Shown: positions 1 through 10,299 of the stretch, piece by piece | How positions within the stretch are numbered: position 1 is the first letter of the stretch | How the letters are laid out: each line of letters begins with the position of its first letter | Source: Macrostomum lignano | Lineage: Eukaryota | Length of the DNA: 64,000 nt | NCBI GenBank assembly: GCA_002269645.1 | Contig: NIVC01002499.1 | Span: 62,001-126,000 of the forward strand | Direction: 5' to 3' | Position numbers and translations under genes: made by a program | Notes under the pieces: model-generated | The model's database searches: none | What the model was told of the DNA's origin: nothing | The model's input: the letters and a program-made list of their open reading frames with translations, nothing else

Positions 1-61
1 GTCTGCGGGGTTCCATTGGGGTGGGCGAAGCGGTGCGATGGGACTTTGAGCAGCCGGAGGG

Positions 62-372
62 TATTTTTTATCAGAGGCAGGGGCTGTGTGCAGCCTGGCG
101 CACTCTAAGCGACATTGTCGCACACAAACGGGGAGGGGCATTGCTGCCCATTCGCCGACTCCACTGAGCAGGCACACAAGCGCGCGGATACGTACGCAGT
201 CATACGCACAGGCACACCCTCACACAGGAGTGTATTTATCATTAGGCATGTACACTTCACTGTGCCTTGAGGGTTGGCCCTAAAGGGCGTTAATTTCACG
301 AGCAGAGTGAACCTGAGATTTCCATTTAGCTTCGAATTAATAGGACTGCACTTGGAATCGAGCCTGGGCCTG
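62..372 (-). mobile_element. Dispersed repeat, copy 1; probable 3' end of a LINE/SINE family (minus strand ends CAGCCCCTGCCTCTGATAAAAAA)
   Basis: Collinear blocks shared with 46630-46852: AGAGGCAGGGGCTG, TAAGCGACATT, CTGAGCAGGCACACAA, TTAGGCATGTACACTTC, CTGCACTTGGAATCGAGCC. Both copies end in an A-rich tail on the minus strand. Confidence 0.6.
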
Positions 373-396
373 ACACATGATCATGCTAGACCACTG

Positions 397-765
397 GGCT
401 GGCGAGTATGAGCTGGTGGGTACGAACTGGCGGGTATGAGCTGGCGGGTATGAGCTGGCGGGTACGAACTGGCGGGTATGAGCTTGCGGGTATGAGCTGG
501 CGGGTATGAGCTGGCGGGTACGAACTGGCGGGTACGAACTGGCGGGTATGAGCTGGCGCGGTATGAGCTGCGGGTACGAACTGGCGGGTGAGTTGGCGGG
601 TATGAGCTGGCGGGTATGGGCTGGCAGGTATGGGCTGCAGGTATGGGCTGGCGGGTATGGGCTGTTGGGTATGGGCTGGCGGGTATGGGCTGGCGGTATG
701 GGCTGGTGGGTATGGGCTGTGGGTATGGGCTGGCGGGTATGGGCTGGCGGGTATGGGCTGGCTGG
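397..765. repeat. Minisatellite, ~14-bp unit (TATGAGCTGGCGGG grading to TATGGGCTGGCGGG), in the intron after the claudin-like exon
   Basis: Direct tandem repetition starting just past the donor at 795. Confidence 0.95.
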
Positions 766-795
766 CGCAGCTGTTAGTGGCGGGCCAGCAGCTAC

Positions 796-1129
796 CTGGC
801 ACGAAGTGCTCGCAGCTGATGTGCTGCAGCTCGTGCGGCACGGTTTTGTTAAAGGCCAGCAGAAAGCAGGCGTCCCACAGGCCGGACCAGGCGGAGCCGC
901 GGCCGCTGCCTTCGCCGCCGCCGCCGCCAGCCGGCCCGGCCGTCCAGTGGGAGGCCGGGTGCAGCATGTTGGCGTACAGGATGAGCGCCAGGACGGAGGC
1001 TCCGGCGCCGCTGCAGCGCCAGCGCAGCCGCCGCTTCTCCTGGAAGCAGAAATCTTCGGTGTAAACGCGCTGCTCGTAGGCGCTGTTGTCCGGCACCTTG
1101 AAGCTCAGGAAATTCTTCAGCGACTTCAT
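796..1129 (-). CDS. Claudin/PMP22-superfamily 5' coding exon (module B): N-terminus, TM1 and first extracellular loop; gene continues left of the window
   Basis: MKSLKNF...SVLALILYANMLHPASHW...AWSGLWDACFL...ISCEHFVP: hydrophobic helix, W, then GLWxxC claudin signature. Donor CAG|GTAGCT at 796/795, phase 1. Confidence 0.65.
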
Positions 1130-2965
1130 CCGGCGGCGGGTGCCGACTGCGCCGGCGGCCGCTCATGGCAGCGGCGGCACCGGAGGCGGCGGCAGAGGCA
1201 GCGAAAGCGTCGGCAACATCGCTGCAGGTTGACTCGCTGGATGGCGGGGGGCCTTCAGTCGCCCGGAAGTCGGTCGGAAGCTCCGGCGCGGGAAATTCGG
1301 GCGAGGGCAGCGGGTCGCGACAGAGAGAAGGGGAATCTGTGGGAAACTGGGCTCCGCCCGTCTTGACTTTTCCCTCACGAGAGCCCCGGGGGGCCTCCAC
1401 TTCGGGTTGGCCGCCCGGCTGCCAGCCACTGGGCGGCCACCCGCTGCCGCCCTCCGCAGAGATGAGGCTTCCAGCTTCCAGCTTACTCTCCGCGACTCCG
1501 CTTTCGCCTCTTCCCGCGGCGGGGGAGGGTGTGGAGGCAACGGCTCCTCCCCGCGGATCCTCGAAGTCCTGCGACACCTCAGACGGAGGAGGCTGGGGGA
1601 GGCCGTGGCATCCACGGCGAGCTCAGATCAGCTCTCGAGGCCGGCAGGGGAGAGGAATGAAGGCGGAGAGAAAGTACAGCCTGCAGGTGAGCCCGCGCCT
1701 TAATCCGCCGCCGCTGCCCCTTCCGATGCCCCAGCCCCATCTCACTCAGGCTGCCCAGCATCCCTGTCCCTCATGCCTCATCACTTCCCACTTCCCACTC
1801 ACAGCAGCGGCATTTGCCTCGGCCAGTTCTGCAAATTCCCTGCCTGGCCGGGTGTCCGGCGAGGGCGAAACAAACGGCGGCTCAACGGGCCACCGGGAGA
1901 CCAGCCGCCTCCAGCGCCTCCTCCATTGCGGCGCGCTGCCTCGCGTGCCGCGGCCCCGCCAGCAGCTGCATCTGCCCGCTGGAATTTTGGCACCGGCTCA
2001 GCTGGGGCGGGGCAGCCCGCTTTGGAAGCGACAGCCTCAGCTGAGCAGAGCGCGCCATCAATCTGATGCCCCGCCTTATAGAGCTCCCCTCTCAGTTTCA
2101 TTTTCTTTGCACTCCACTTGCCTATCCAGCCTCTCCGTTCTTCATCTCTACTCTTCGGGCGGAGAGCCTTCTGTCTCGGATTTCCCCAGTCTCCCAGAAC
2201 CCCCCCCCCAGCTCGGCGCATGAATAATTCCTGCGCGATCCCGGATGAGGCTGGTGGCGCCCTTCGCAGCCCGCCTCCCCGGAACTGGCGTCCCCGGCTG
2301 CCAGTGATTGCTCCTTCCTGTGATTCAATTCACCACTGCGGCACGAGGCCACCAGCTGCAGCAGCAGTGGTAGTGGGCGGGGATAAATGAGTTGACGGGA
2401 TGAGGCCAGCTGGCGATGCAGCCGCTGCCCCCCTCCGCCCTCCGCCCAGCCAGCGCCTGCGGGAGGCCGCCTGCCCGGCCGGCTGTTCGCGAATTCCGGG
2501 CTGGCGGAAACGCCAAGCGGTCGGCCAGAAGCAGAAGGCGGATCGAAGCGGCCGCCGGATCAAACCAGCTGAGATCCCCCTTCCTTCCCCCTGCCGGCCT
2601 GCAGCTCCGCGACGCTGGCAGGGTTTGGGCAGCGGGTCCTCACTGCTACCCCTTGCTCCTATCCTCATCGGTCTTCCCAATCCCAGTCTCGGGGTTTCCC
2701 CTCTGCTGAGTTTTCCCTGGTCCGGGTGTCTGTCTCCCTCCCCCCAACTCTCCTCCCACTTCTGTCCCCTCGCATCCGCCCACATTTCTTTCCATCGCAG
2801 TTTCTCTGCCTCATTCATTTTCCAACTTCTGCCCTCCTTGCGCTACCAACTCCGTCGAGCCGCCCGGCTGGAGGCGGGGAGCTGCTGGGCGGCTGCCACC
2901 CCTCTCGGCTGCGCGCTCGATCAAGTGATGCGGGCTGCACTTTCCCCTGCACCCCGGGTCTCATG

Positions 2966-3655
2966 GCCTGCCTGTGTCTGCCTGTGTCTGCCTGTGTCTG
3001 CCTGTGTCTGCCTGTGTCTCCCTGTGTCTGCCAGTGTTTGCCTGTGTCTGCCTGTGTCTGCTTGTTTCTGCTTGTTTCTGCCTGTGTCTGTCTGTGTCTG
3101 CCTGTGTCTGCCTGTCTTCCTGTGTCTTAGCGTTTGTCTGTATCTGCCTGTGTCTGCCTGTGTCTGCCTGTCTTAGCGTCTGCCTGTGTCTGCCTGTGTC
3201 TTAGCGTCTGTCTGTATCTGCCTGTGTCTGCCTGTGTCTGCCTGTCTTAGCGTCTGCCTGTGTCTGCCTGTCTTAGCGTCTGCCTGTGTCTGCCTGTCTT
3301 AGCGTCTGCCTGTGTCTGCCTGTCTTAGCGTCTGCCTGTGTCTGCCTGTCTTAGCGTCTGCCTGTGTCTGCCTGTCTTAGCGTCTGCCTGTGTCTGCCTG
3401 TGTCTTAGCGTTTGTCTGTATCTGCCTGTGTCTGCCTGTGTCTGCCTGTCTTAGCGTCTGCCTGTGTCTGCCTGTGTCTTAGCGTCTGTCTGTATCTGCC
3501 TGTGTCTGCCTGTGTCTGCCTGTCTTAGCGTCTGCCTGTGTCTGCCTGTCTTAGCGTCTGCCTGTGTCTGCCTGTCTTAGCGTCTGCCTGTGTCTGCCTG
3601 TCTTAGCGTCTGCCTGTGTCTGCCTGTCTTAGCGTCTGCCTGTGTCTGCCTGTCT
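2966..3655. repeat. Minisatellite, 10-bp unit TGTCTGCCTG with ~25-bp higher-order variant containing TCTTAGCG
   Basis: Direct tandem repetition. Confidence 0.95.
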
Positions 3656-4021
3656 TAATGTCCTTAGCGAATCCAGTTCACCACCGAAGGGCCGGAGGAG
3701 GCGGCACCGCAGGAAGCCGCGGAGCTGCAGTCACTCGCAGCCGGGGAATCCACTAGAAGGGAGCTCTGGCGAGGCTGGAGAACTTTTAGCTGGTGCAGAC
3801 AGGAAGGCAGGCCGGGCTGTGAGCGGGCGGCTTGGAGGCCGGCCACCCCTGCACTCGCACTGTTGAGCCGGGGGCGGCAGGGGCGGTGGCTGCGCACCAA
3901 GCAGATGGGAGAAACGGGAAGCCCAACGCCTTTCCTGACTGACTGGCGGAAGTTTTCTGCTCCTCAGACTGGCAGGGGCGGCAGCTGAGCCCTCTCGGTT
4001 TTTTTAGCGCAACCTCCTCAC

Positions 4022-6345
4022 CGTGAGCATCGATGTAGAGCGAGTGCAGCTGGAAGTTGTGCACGCACGTGCCGTTGGCCAGGAAGCAGGTGTCCCACAG
4101 GCCGGACATCACCTGGGTCGAATTCTCTGCGGGTCGGACAAAATCTATTTTCAAGCGAAAGCGTTTTCTTAAGCATAAATTTAAAATAAAATAATTTGCT
4201 CGCTACTCTACTGATGAGTAGTCGGCTGCAGAAACTTTTGTTGAATTGAGGCTTAAATGAACATTTGAACCTGGCTCTTTAGCATTCAGCTTGCTGACTG
4301 TCAGCTCTGAGAGCTTGCCGCATGACCCATCAGTTCGCCGACTGTCAGCTCTGAGAGCTTGCCGCATGACCCATCAGTTTGCTGACTGTCAGCTCTGAGA
4401 GCTTGCCGCATGACCCATCAGTTTGCTGACTGTCAGCTCTGAGAGCTTGCCGCATGACCCATCAGTTTGCCGACTGTCAGCTCTGAGAGCTTGCCGCATG
4501 ACCCATCAGTTCGCCGACTGTCAGCTCTGAGAGCTTGCCGCATGACCCATCAGTTTGCTGACTGTCAGCTCTGAGAGCTTGCCGCATGACCCATCAGTTT
4601 GCTGACTGTCAGCTCTGAGAGCTTGCCGCATGACCCATCAGTTTGCCGACTGTCAGCTCTGAGAGCTTGCCGCATGACCCATCAGTTTGCCGACTGTCAG
4701 CTCTGAGAGCTTGCCGCATGACCCATCAGTTTGCTGACTGTCAGCTCTGAGAGCTTGCCGCATGACCCATCAGTTTGCCGACTGTCAGCTCTGAGAGCTT
4801 CCCGCATGACCCATCAGTTTGCTGACTGTCAGCTCTGAGAGCTTGCCGCATGACCCATCAGTTTGCTGACTGTCAGAATGTGCAGCAGAGTCTCCCAGTG
4901 GCCTCAACAGCTGACAACTTGAGTCTCTGGCCCTGTTCGAGTTTCTGCTTCGCCTCGTTTTCGGTTTTTCGGGCGTTAAAATTTTTAACTTCTTTGAGGG
5001 GAAACAAAAATTGCTAAGTTTTCCTTGTTAGGGCCAAAATCGAGGTCAGCGAGCGTGTCAGAATACGCGGAATATTAATCCTGGGTGCACTGCCGGCTGG
5101 AGCGGAGGCTGGGACCGCCACCCCAATTAGGCGCCACTCTGAGTCTGCATCCATTTTCCCGCGAACCGCCCACTGAAATTCCTTTTTCGGTGGCGTCAGA
5201 TACAATGGCTTCGAGAGGGGGCGGGAACTGGTCCTGGCTGGGACAATTTCCCCCGAGAAATCGGTGAGGAAGGGGCGACACGAGCCGGTTGCGGTGCTGG
5301 CCTGCTGCTGGCCAGTTGAAGCGAATGGGAGGCGGTCTGGAGTTGGTGGTGGAGTAGATTGTTGAGTAGGTTGTAAAGTAGATTGAGAAGTAGATTGTGG
5401 AGTAGATTGTGGAGTAGATTGTGGAGTAGATTGTTAAGTAGGTTGTGAAGTAGATTGAGAAGTAGATTGTGGAGTAGATTGTGGAGTAGATTGTGGAGTA
5501 GATTGTGGGGTAGATTGTGGAGTAGATTGTGGAGTAGATTGTGGAGTAGATTGTGGAGTAGATTGTGGAGTAGATTGTGGAGTAGATTGTGGAGTAGATT
5601 GTGAAGTAGATTGAGAAGTAGATTGTTGAGTAGACTGTGGAATGCATTGCGGAATAGACTGTATAGTAGACTGGAAATAAGATTTGTTGAGTACAATCAG
5701 CAACCACAAGTACGAGGGAATGAGCTCAGCAGAGTGCAGAGCAGAGAACGCATTTAAATCCCTGGCGAGTCGGAGCTGCTAGTCCGCTCACCCAGCATGT
5801 AGAAGGCCCAGGACCGGCTGCTGAGGCTGGTGACGCCGGTGACAACGGCCAGCGCCAGCAGCAGCAGCGCCAGCTGGCGGGAGCGGACGAAGAACGGGTG
5901 CTGCCAGAAGGCCAACAGGCGGCTCCACTGCGCCGGCGTCAGCTCCGGCTCGTCCGGCTTGTGGTGCCGACGCTGCTTCCGCCCGCCGCGCCCGCCTCGG
6001 CCGGAATTTTTCCGCGCCGCCGGCTTTTTCTTGTGCACCGGCGGCGGCAGCGTCGGGATCGCCTCCTCATCGATCGACGCCTCGGTGTCGCAGCGCCGCC
6101 GGTCGCGCGACCACTCCAGCCAGCCGACCTCGTCGCGGAGACCCGCTGTCGGCGTCGGCTGCGGTGGAGGCGGCGGCGCGAACGGCGACCTCGGCGGCGC
6201 CGCCTCGTCGCCAGGCGTCAGGCCCGCCGCCGCCGCTGCTGCTGACGACGATGCCGCCAGCGGTGACAACGGCTGCGGCGGCAGCAGCAGGTCGAGATGC
6301 CGCGGCTGGCCGGCGCACCGACCTTGAGACTTCTGAGCGTCCAGT
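4022..6345 (-). CDS. Claudin/PMP22-superfamily 5' coding exons (module A): exon ~6345-5792 and exon 4126-4022; possible upstream exon near 6980-6720
   Basis: Exon ending ...QLALLLLALAVVTGVTSLSSRSWAFYML G|GTGAG (5792, phase 1) splices in frame to cgcag|AG AAT TCG ACC, giving ENSTQVMSGLWDTCFLANGTCVHNFQLHSLYIDAH G|GTGAG (105 nt, phase 1). GLWxxC motif and an NST sequon. Start codon not resolved. Confidence 0.7.
4293..4875. repeat. Minisatellite, 44-bp unit, ~13 copies, intronic
   Basis: Unit GCTGACTGTCAGCTCTGAGAGCTTGCCGCATGACCCATCAGTTT. Confidence 0.97.
5352..5640. repeat. Minisatellite, 12-bp unit AGTAGATTGTGG, intronic
   Basis: Direct tandem repetition; explains the spurious IYST/LLHN/STPQ ORFs. 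Confidence 0.95.
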
Positions 6346-6377
6346 GTGAAGGCTGGGATCGGCCGGGTAGTTGATTA

Positions 6378-6575
6378 TTTCAATCTGTGGGCTGTGAGCA
6401 GCTGGGGATATCAATCTGTGAGCTGTGAGCGGCTGGAGATTTCAATCTGTGAGCTGTGAGCAGCTGGGGATTTCAATCTGTGAGCTGTGAGCAGCTGGGG
6501 ATTTCAATCTGTGAGCTGTGAGCAGCTGGGGATTTCAATCTGCGAGCTGTGAGCAGCTGGGGATTTCAATCTGAA
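6378..6575. repeat. Minisatellite, 31-bp unit, ~6 copies
   Basis: Unit GAGCTGTGAGCAGCTGGGGATTTCAATCTGT. Confidence 0.93.
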
Positions 6576-7132
6576 GGGCTGGAAGCGGCTCAACAGCTGA
6601 GGATCTCAATTGCCTGACCCCCCCGGCCTGCCGCTGCATCCACCGCTGCAGCAGCAGCAGCTCAGCGCAATCAATTATTGATGGCCAGCAGGCTGCTCAG
6701 AGCGGGCCAGGTAACTCAGACGTGCAGCTGGGGGGGGGGGGCTCCTGGACCGCTGCGGGCCAGCCAGTCCTGCAGAGATAAAAGGGGGGGCAGCTGCCAC
6801 CCCAACTGCCAACTGCTGCCGCTGCTGATGCTGCTGCTGCTGCTGATCTCTCAGCCTTGGCTGAGTCATTGCCCGTTTTCCTGCGCGCAGTCCAGAGTCC
6901 AGCCCGACTGTCAGGCTGTGATGCCCTGCTGTTTCTGCAGGTGGGCTCAGCTTTCTGCTTAATGAGCTGATGAGCTCCATCTGGATTGTGGATATTGCCA
7001 GTCATTTTCCATTGGTAAAGTGGGCAGTAAGAAACATCTGCATAAAATTTGCTTCGATTCATTTGAAGCACGTATTTATACCTGACCTGGGGACAGCGAC
7101 TGATGGGTACGTCACTGCATGAGGCCTGGGGT

Positions 7133-7309
7133 TCCTGCAGGCTGTGGTGGGTCACTAAGGTTTGGGATTACTGCAGGCTGTGGTGGGTCACTGAGGTTTG
7201 GGATTCCTGCAGGCTGTGGTGGGTCACTGAGGTTTGGGATTCCTGCAGGCTGTGGTGGGTCACTGAGGTTTGGGATTCCTGCAGGCTGTGGTGGGTCACT
7301 GAGGTTTGC
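7133..7309. repeat. Minisatellite, 36-bp unit, ~5 copies
   Basis: Unit CTGCAGGCTGTGGTGGGTCACTGAGGTTTGGGATTC. Confidence 0.95.
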
Positions 7310-7708
7310 GATTATACTCATTGAGGCTAACACGAGTCAGTTTGCTTTGGAAGCAGTGCCTCGTTTATCTATCCTTCACCGCTGTTTGAGCAGCTCGCAG
7401 AATTCCCAACATGGGATCCAGCGATTCGGCGAGCAAGAGCACTAAAAGGCCCCCAATTATCTGGTGGGCTGCCTGTCGGGGCGGTCTGGCCCGAATCCAT
7501 ATCGAATCAAGACCAGCAGGCTGACCTGAGCGCTGCACCCAAGCTGACACTTAATGCTTTTTGGCACTGCCGGTCTGCGGCGAGATGAATTGTCAATTTT
7601 ATGAGTAAATGCAGATTTTCTGAGCCTCTGCAAACGCCATTGACTTTATTCGCAGTACTGCAGTGACATTGTCTGGTAGCAATAAATGGGCTAAAAATGT
7701 ATGCACCC

Positions 7709-9356
7709 GTCTGGACTGTGTCCTGAAGCTGAGCGGTGTGGACTCATCTAACACTGTCTGGACTGTGTCCTGAAGCTGAGCGGTGCAGACTCATCTAACA
7801 CTGTCTGGACTGTGTCCTGAAGCTGAGCGGTGTGGACTCATCTAACACTGTCGGGACTGTGTCCTGAAGCTGAGCGGTCTGGACTCATCTAACACTGTCG
7901 GGACTGTGTCCTGAAGCTGAGCGGTGTGGACTCATCTAACACTGTCGGGACTGTGTCCTGAAGCTGAGCGGTGTGGACTCATCTAACACTGTCGGGACTG
8001 TGTCCTGAAGCTGAGCGGTGTGGACTCATCTAACACTGTCTGGACTGTGTCCTGAAGCTGAGCGGTGTGGACTCATCTAACACTGTCGGGACTGTGTCCT
8101 GAAGCTGAGCGGTGTGGACTCATCTAACACTGTCTGGACTGTGTCCTGAAGCTGAGCGGTGTGGACTCATCTAACACTGTCTGGACTGTGTCCTGAAGCT
8201 GAGCGGTGTGGACTCATCTAACACTGTCGGGACTGTGTCCTGAAGCTGAGCGGTGTGGACTCATCTAACACTGTCGGGACTGTGTCCTGAAGCTGAGCGG
8301 TGTGGACTCATCTAACACTGTCGGGACTGTGTCCTGAAGCTGAGCGGTCTGGACTCATCTAACACTGTCGGGACTGTGTCCTGAAGCTGAGCGGTGTGGA
8401 CTCATCTAACACTGTCTGGACTGTGTCCTGAAGCTGAGCGGTGTGGACTCATCTAACACTGTCGGGACTGTGTCCTGAAGCTGAGCGGTCTGGACTCATC
8501 TAACACTGTCGGGACTGTGTCCTGAAGCTGAGCGGTGCAGACTCATCTAACACTGTCTGGACTGTGTCCTGAAGCTGAGCGGTGTGGACTCATCTAACAC
8601 TGTCGGGACTGTGTCCTGAAGCTGAGCGGTGCAGACTTATCTAACACTGTCTGGACTGTGTCCTGAAGCTGAGCGGTGCAGACTCATCTAACACTGTCGG
8701 GACTGTGTCCTGAAGCTGAGCGGTGTGGACTCATCTAACACTGTCGGGACTGTGTCCTGAAGCTGAGCGGTGTGGACTCATCTAACACTGTCGGGACTGT
8801 GTCCTGAAGCTGAGCGGTGCAGACTCATCTAACACTGTCGGGACTGTGTCCTGAAGCTGAGCGGTGTGGACTCATCTAACACTGTCGGGACTGTGTCCTG
8901 AAGCTGAGCGGTGTGGACTCATCTAACACTGTCGGGACTGTGTCCTGAAGCTGAGCGGTGTGGACTCATCTAACACTGTCTGGACTGTGTCCTGAAGCTG
9001 AGCGGTGTGGACTCATCTAACACTGTCTGGACTGTGTCCTGAAGCTGAGCGGTGTGGACTCATCTAACACTGTCTGGACTGTGTCCTGAAGCTGAGCGGT
9101 GTGGACTCATCTAACACTGTCTGGACTGTGTCCTGAAGCTGAGCGGTGTGGACTCATCTAACACTGTCTGGACTGTGTCCTGAAGCGTGCGGACTCATCT
9201 AACACTGTCGGGACTGTGTCCTGAAGCGTGCGGACTCATCTAACACTGTCGGGACTGTGTCCTGAAGCGTGCGGACTCATCTAACACTGTCGGGACTGTG
9301 TCCTGAAGCTGAGCGGTGCGGACTCATCTAACACTGTCGGGACTGTGTCCTGAAGC
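7709..9356. repeat. Minisatellite, 47-bp unit, ~35 copies
   Basis: Unit CTGGACTGTGTCCTGAAGCTGAGCGGTGTGGACTCATCTAACACTGT; internally deleted units near 9180-9290. Confidence 0.97.
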
Positions 9357-10174
9357 AGACGTTTCACAAGGGACCTTACCTTGTTAAAACGGTTGCAAAA
9401 GCGCAGAATTTACTGCTTATCTGGAAGCCAAGCAAAAGCAGTTATTTGCAATAGCCGTCGGTTCAGTCTCCAGTAGATCATCGCCAGCCAGCCACTGCAC
9501 TGGCTGATATGCACTTGATTCGCTGCAGGGCCACTTGGCAAATGGCGGAGCAGCACCCGCAACTCTGCATGCGCCGCGGTTGGCTCATCACGCTTGGCTT
9601 TTGTTGTTACAAAGGCTCAACTGTTTTTAACCGTTTTGATGTGCTAAGCCTCTTTATTTGACTTCTCCCATGTTTGCTACTGAGTAGCGTGCACTGTGTG
9701 TGGCTGATATTATCGAACAGAGAAAATTTAAATTGGTCAAAAGCGACTTTCAAAGCAGAGTTGTTTTAAAACTTCACAGCGGTTTGCGAGTCCAATCGAA
9801 CAACAAAGTCGCACGCCGTTCAAGGTTAATTCGGCGGCTTTCATATGCTTTGATAAAGTCCGTTCCTTTGAATAAATAGCCATCTAGCCCCCCCCCGCTG
9901 GCTGAGTCTTGAAGGCGGGGCACAAAGCCAGCACGCAGCTGGAGCCCGCATCTTTCCATCCATGGCTGTTGAGTCGGGCCTAAAGGTTCTATGCTTGGGC
10001 TAATGAGCATCGAATTTTGGTGCCACATGCCATGACGTACTCCGACTCAAAGCAATGGGGGACGGTGACGGCAGGGAGACGCCATAGCGACGGAAGCAAC
10101 GAATATTGGCCTTCAAGCAAAATCAGTTTTGCAACTGTCATTCCTTTTAATCTATATTACAAAATCTGAAATAT

Positions 10175-10180
10175 TTTATT
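10175..10180 (-). terminator. Polyadenylation signal AATAAA of the vWA gene
   Basis: TTTATT on the plus strand ~120 nt past the stop at 10300. Confidence 0.5.
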
Positions 10181-10299
10181 CATTTTTATCAGGAATGCTT
10201 ACGGTTTCATGCGATCGATATACAAATATGTCGAAATATCAACTCAAAGCCATAAAAAAGTTCACGACTATCACGAAGCGGCAGGAGTCGCTCGCGCGC

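Noticed and set aside
1165-2223. 352-aa plus-strand ORF and overlapping ORFs at 1.2-2.9 kb
   Set aside because: GC-rich low-complexity sequence open in several frames on both strands. Probably the promoter/5' region of the claudin-like module.
6697-7155. ORF with YKYVLQMNRSKFYADVSYCPLYQW
   Set aside because: No family match recognised. It competes with an overlapping frame (6980-6675) and has no convincing donor, so it is left unassigned.
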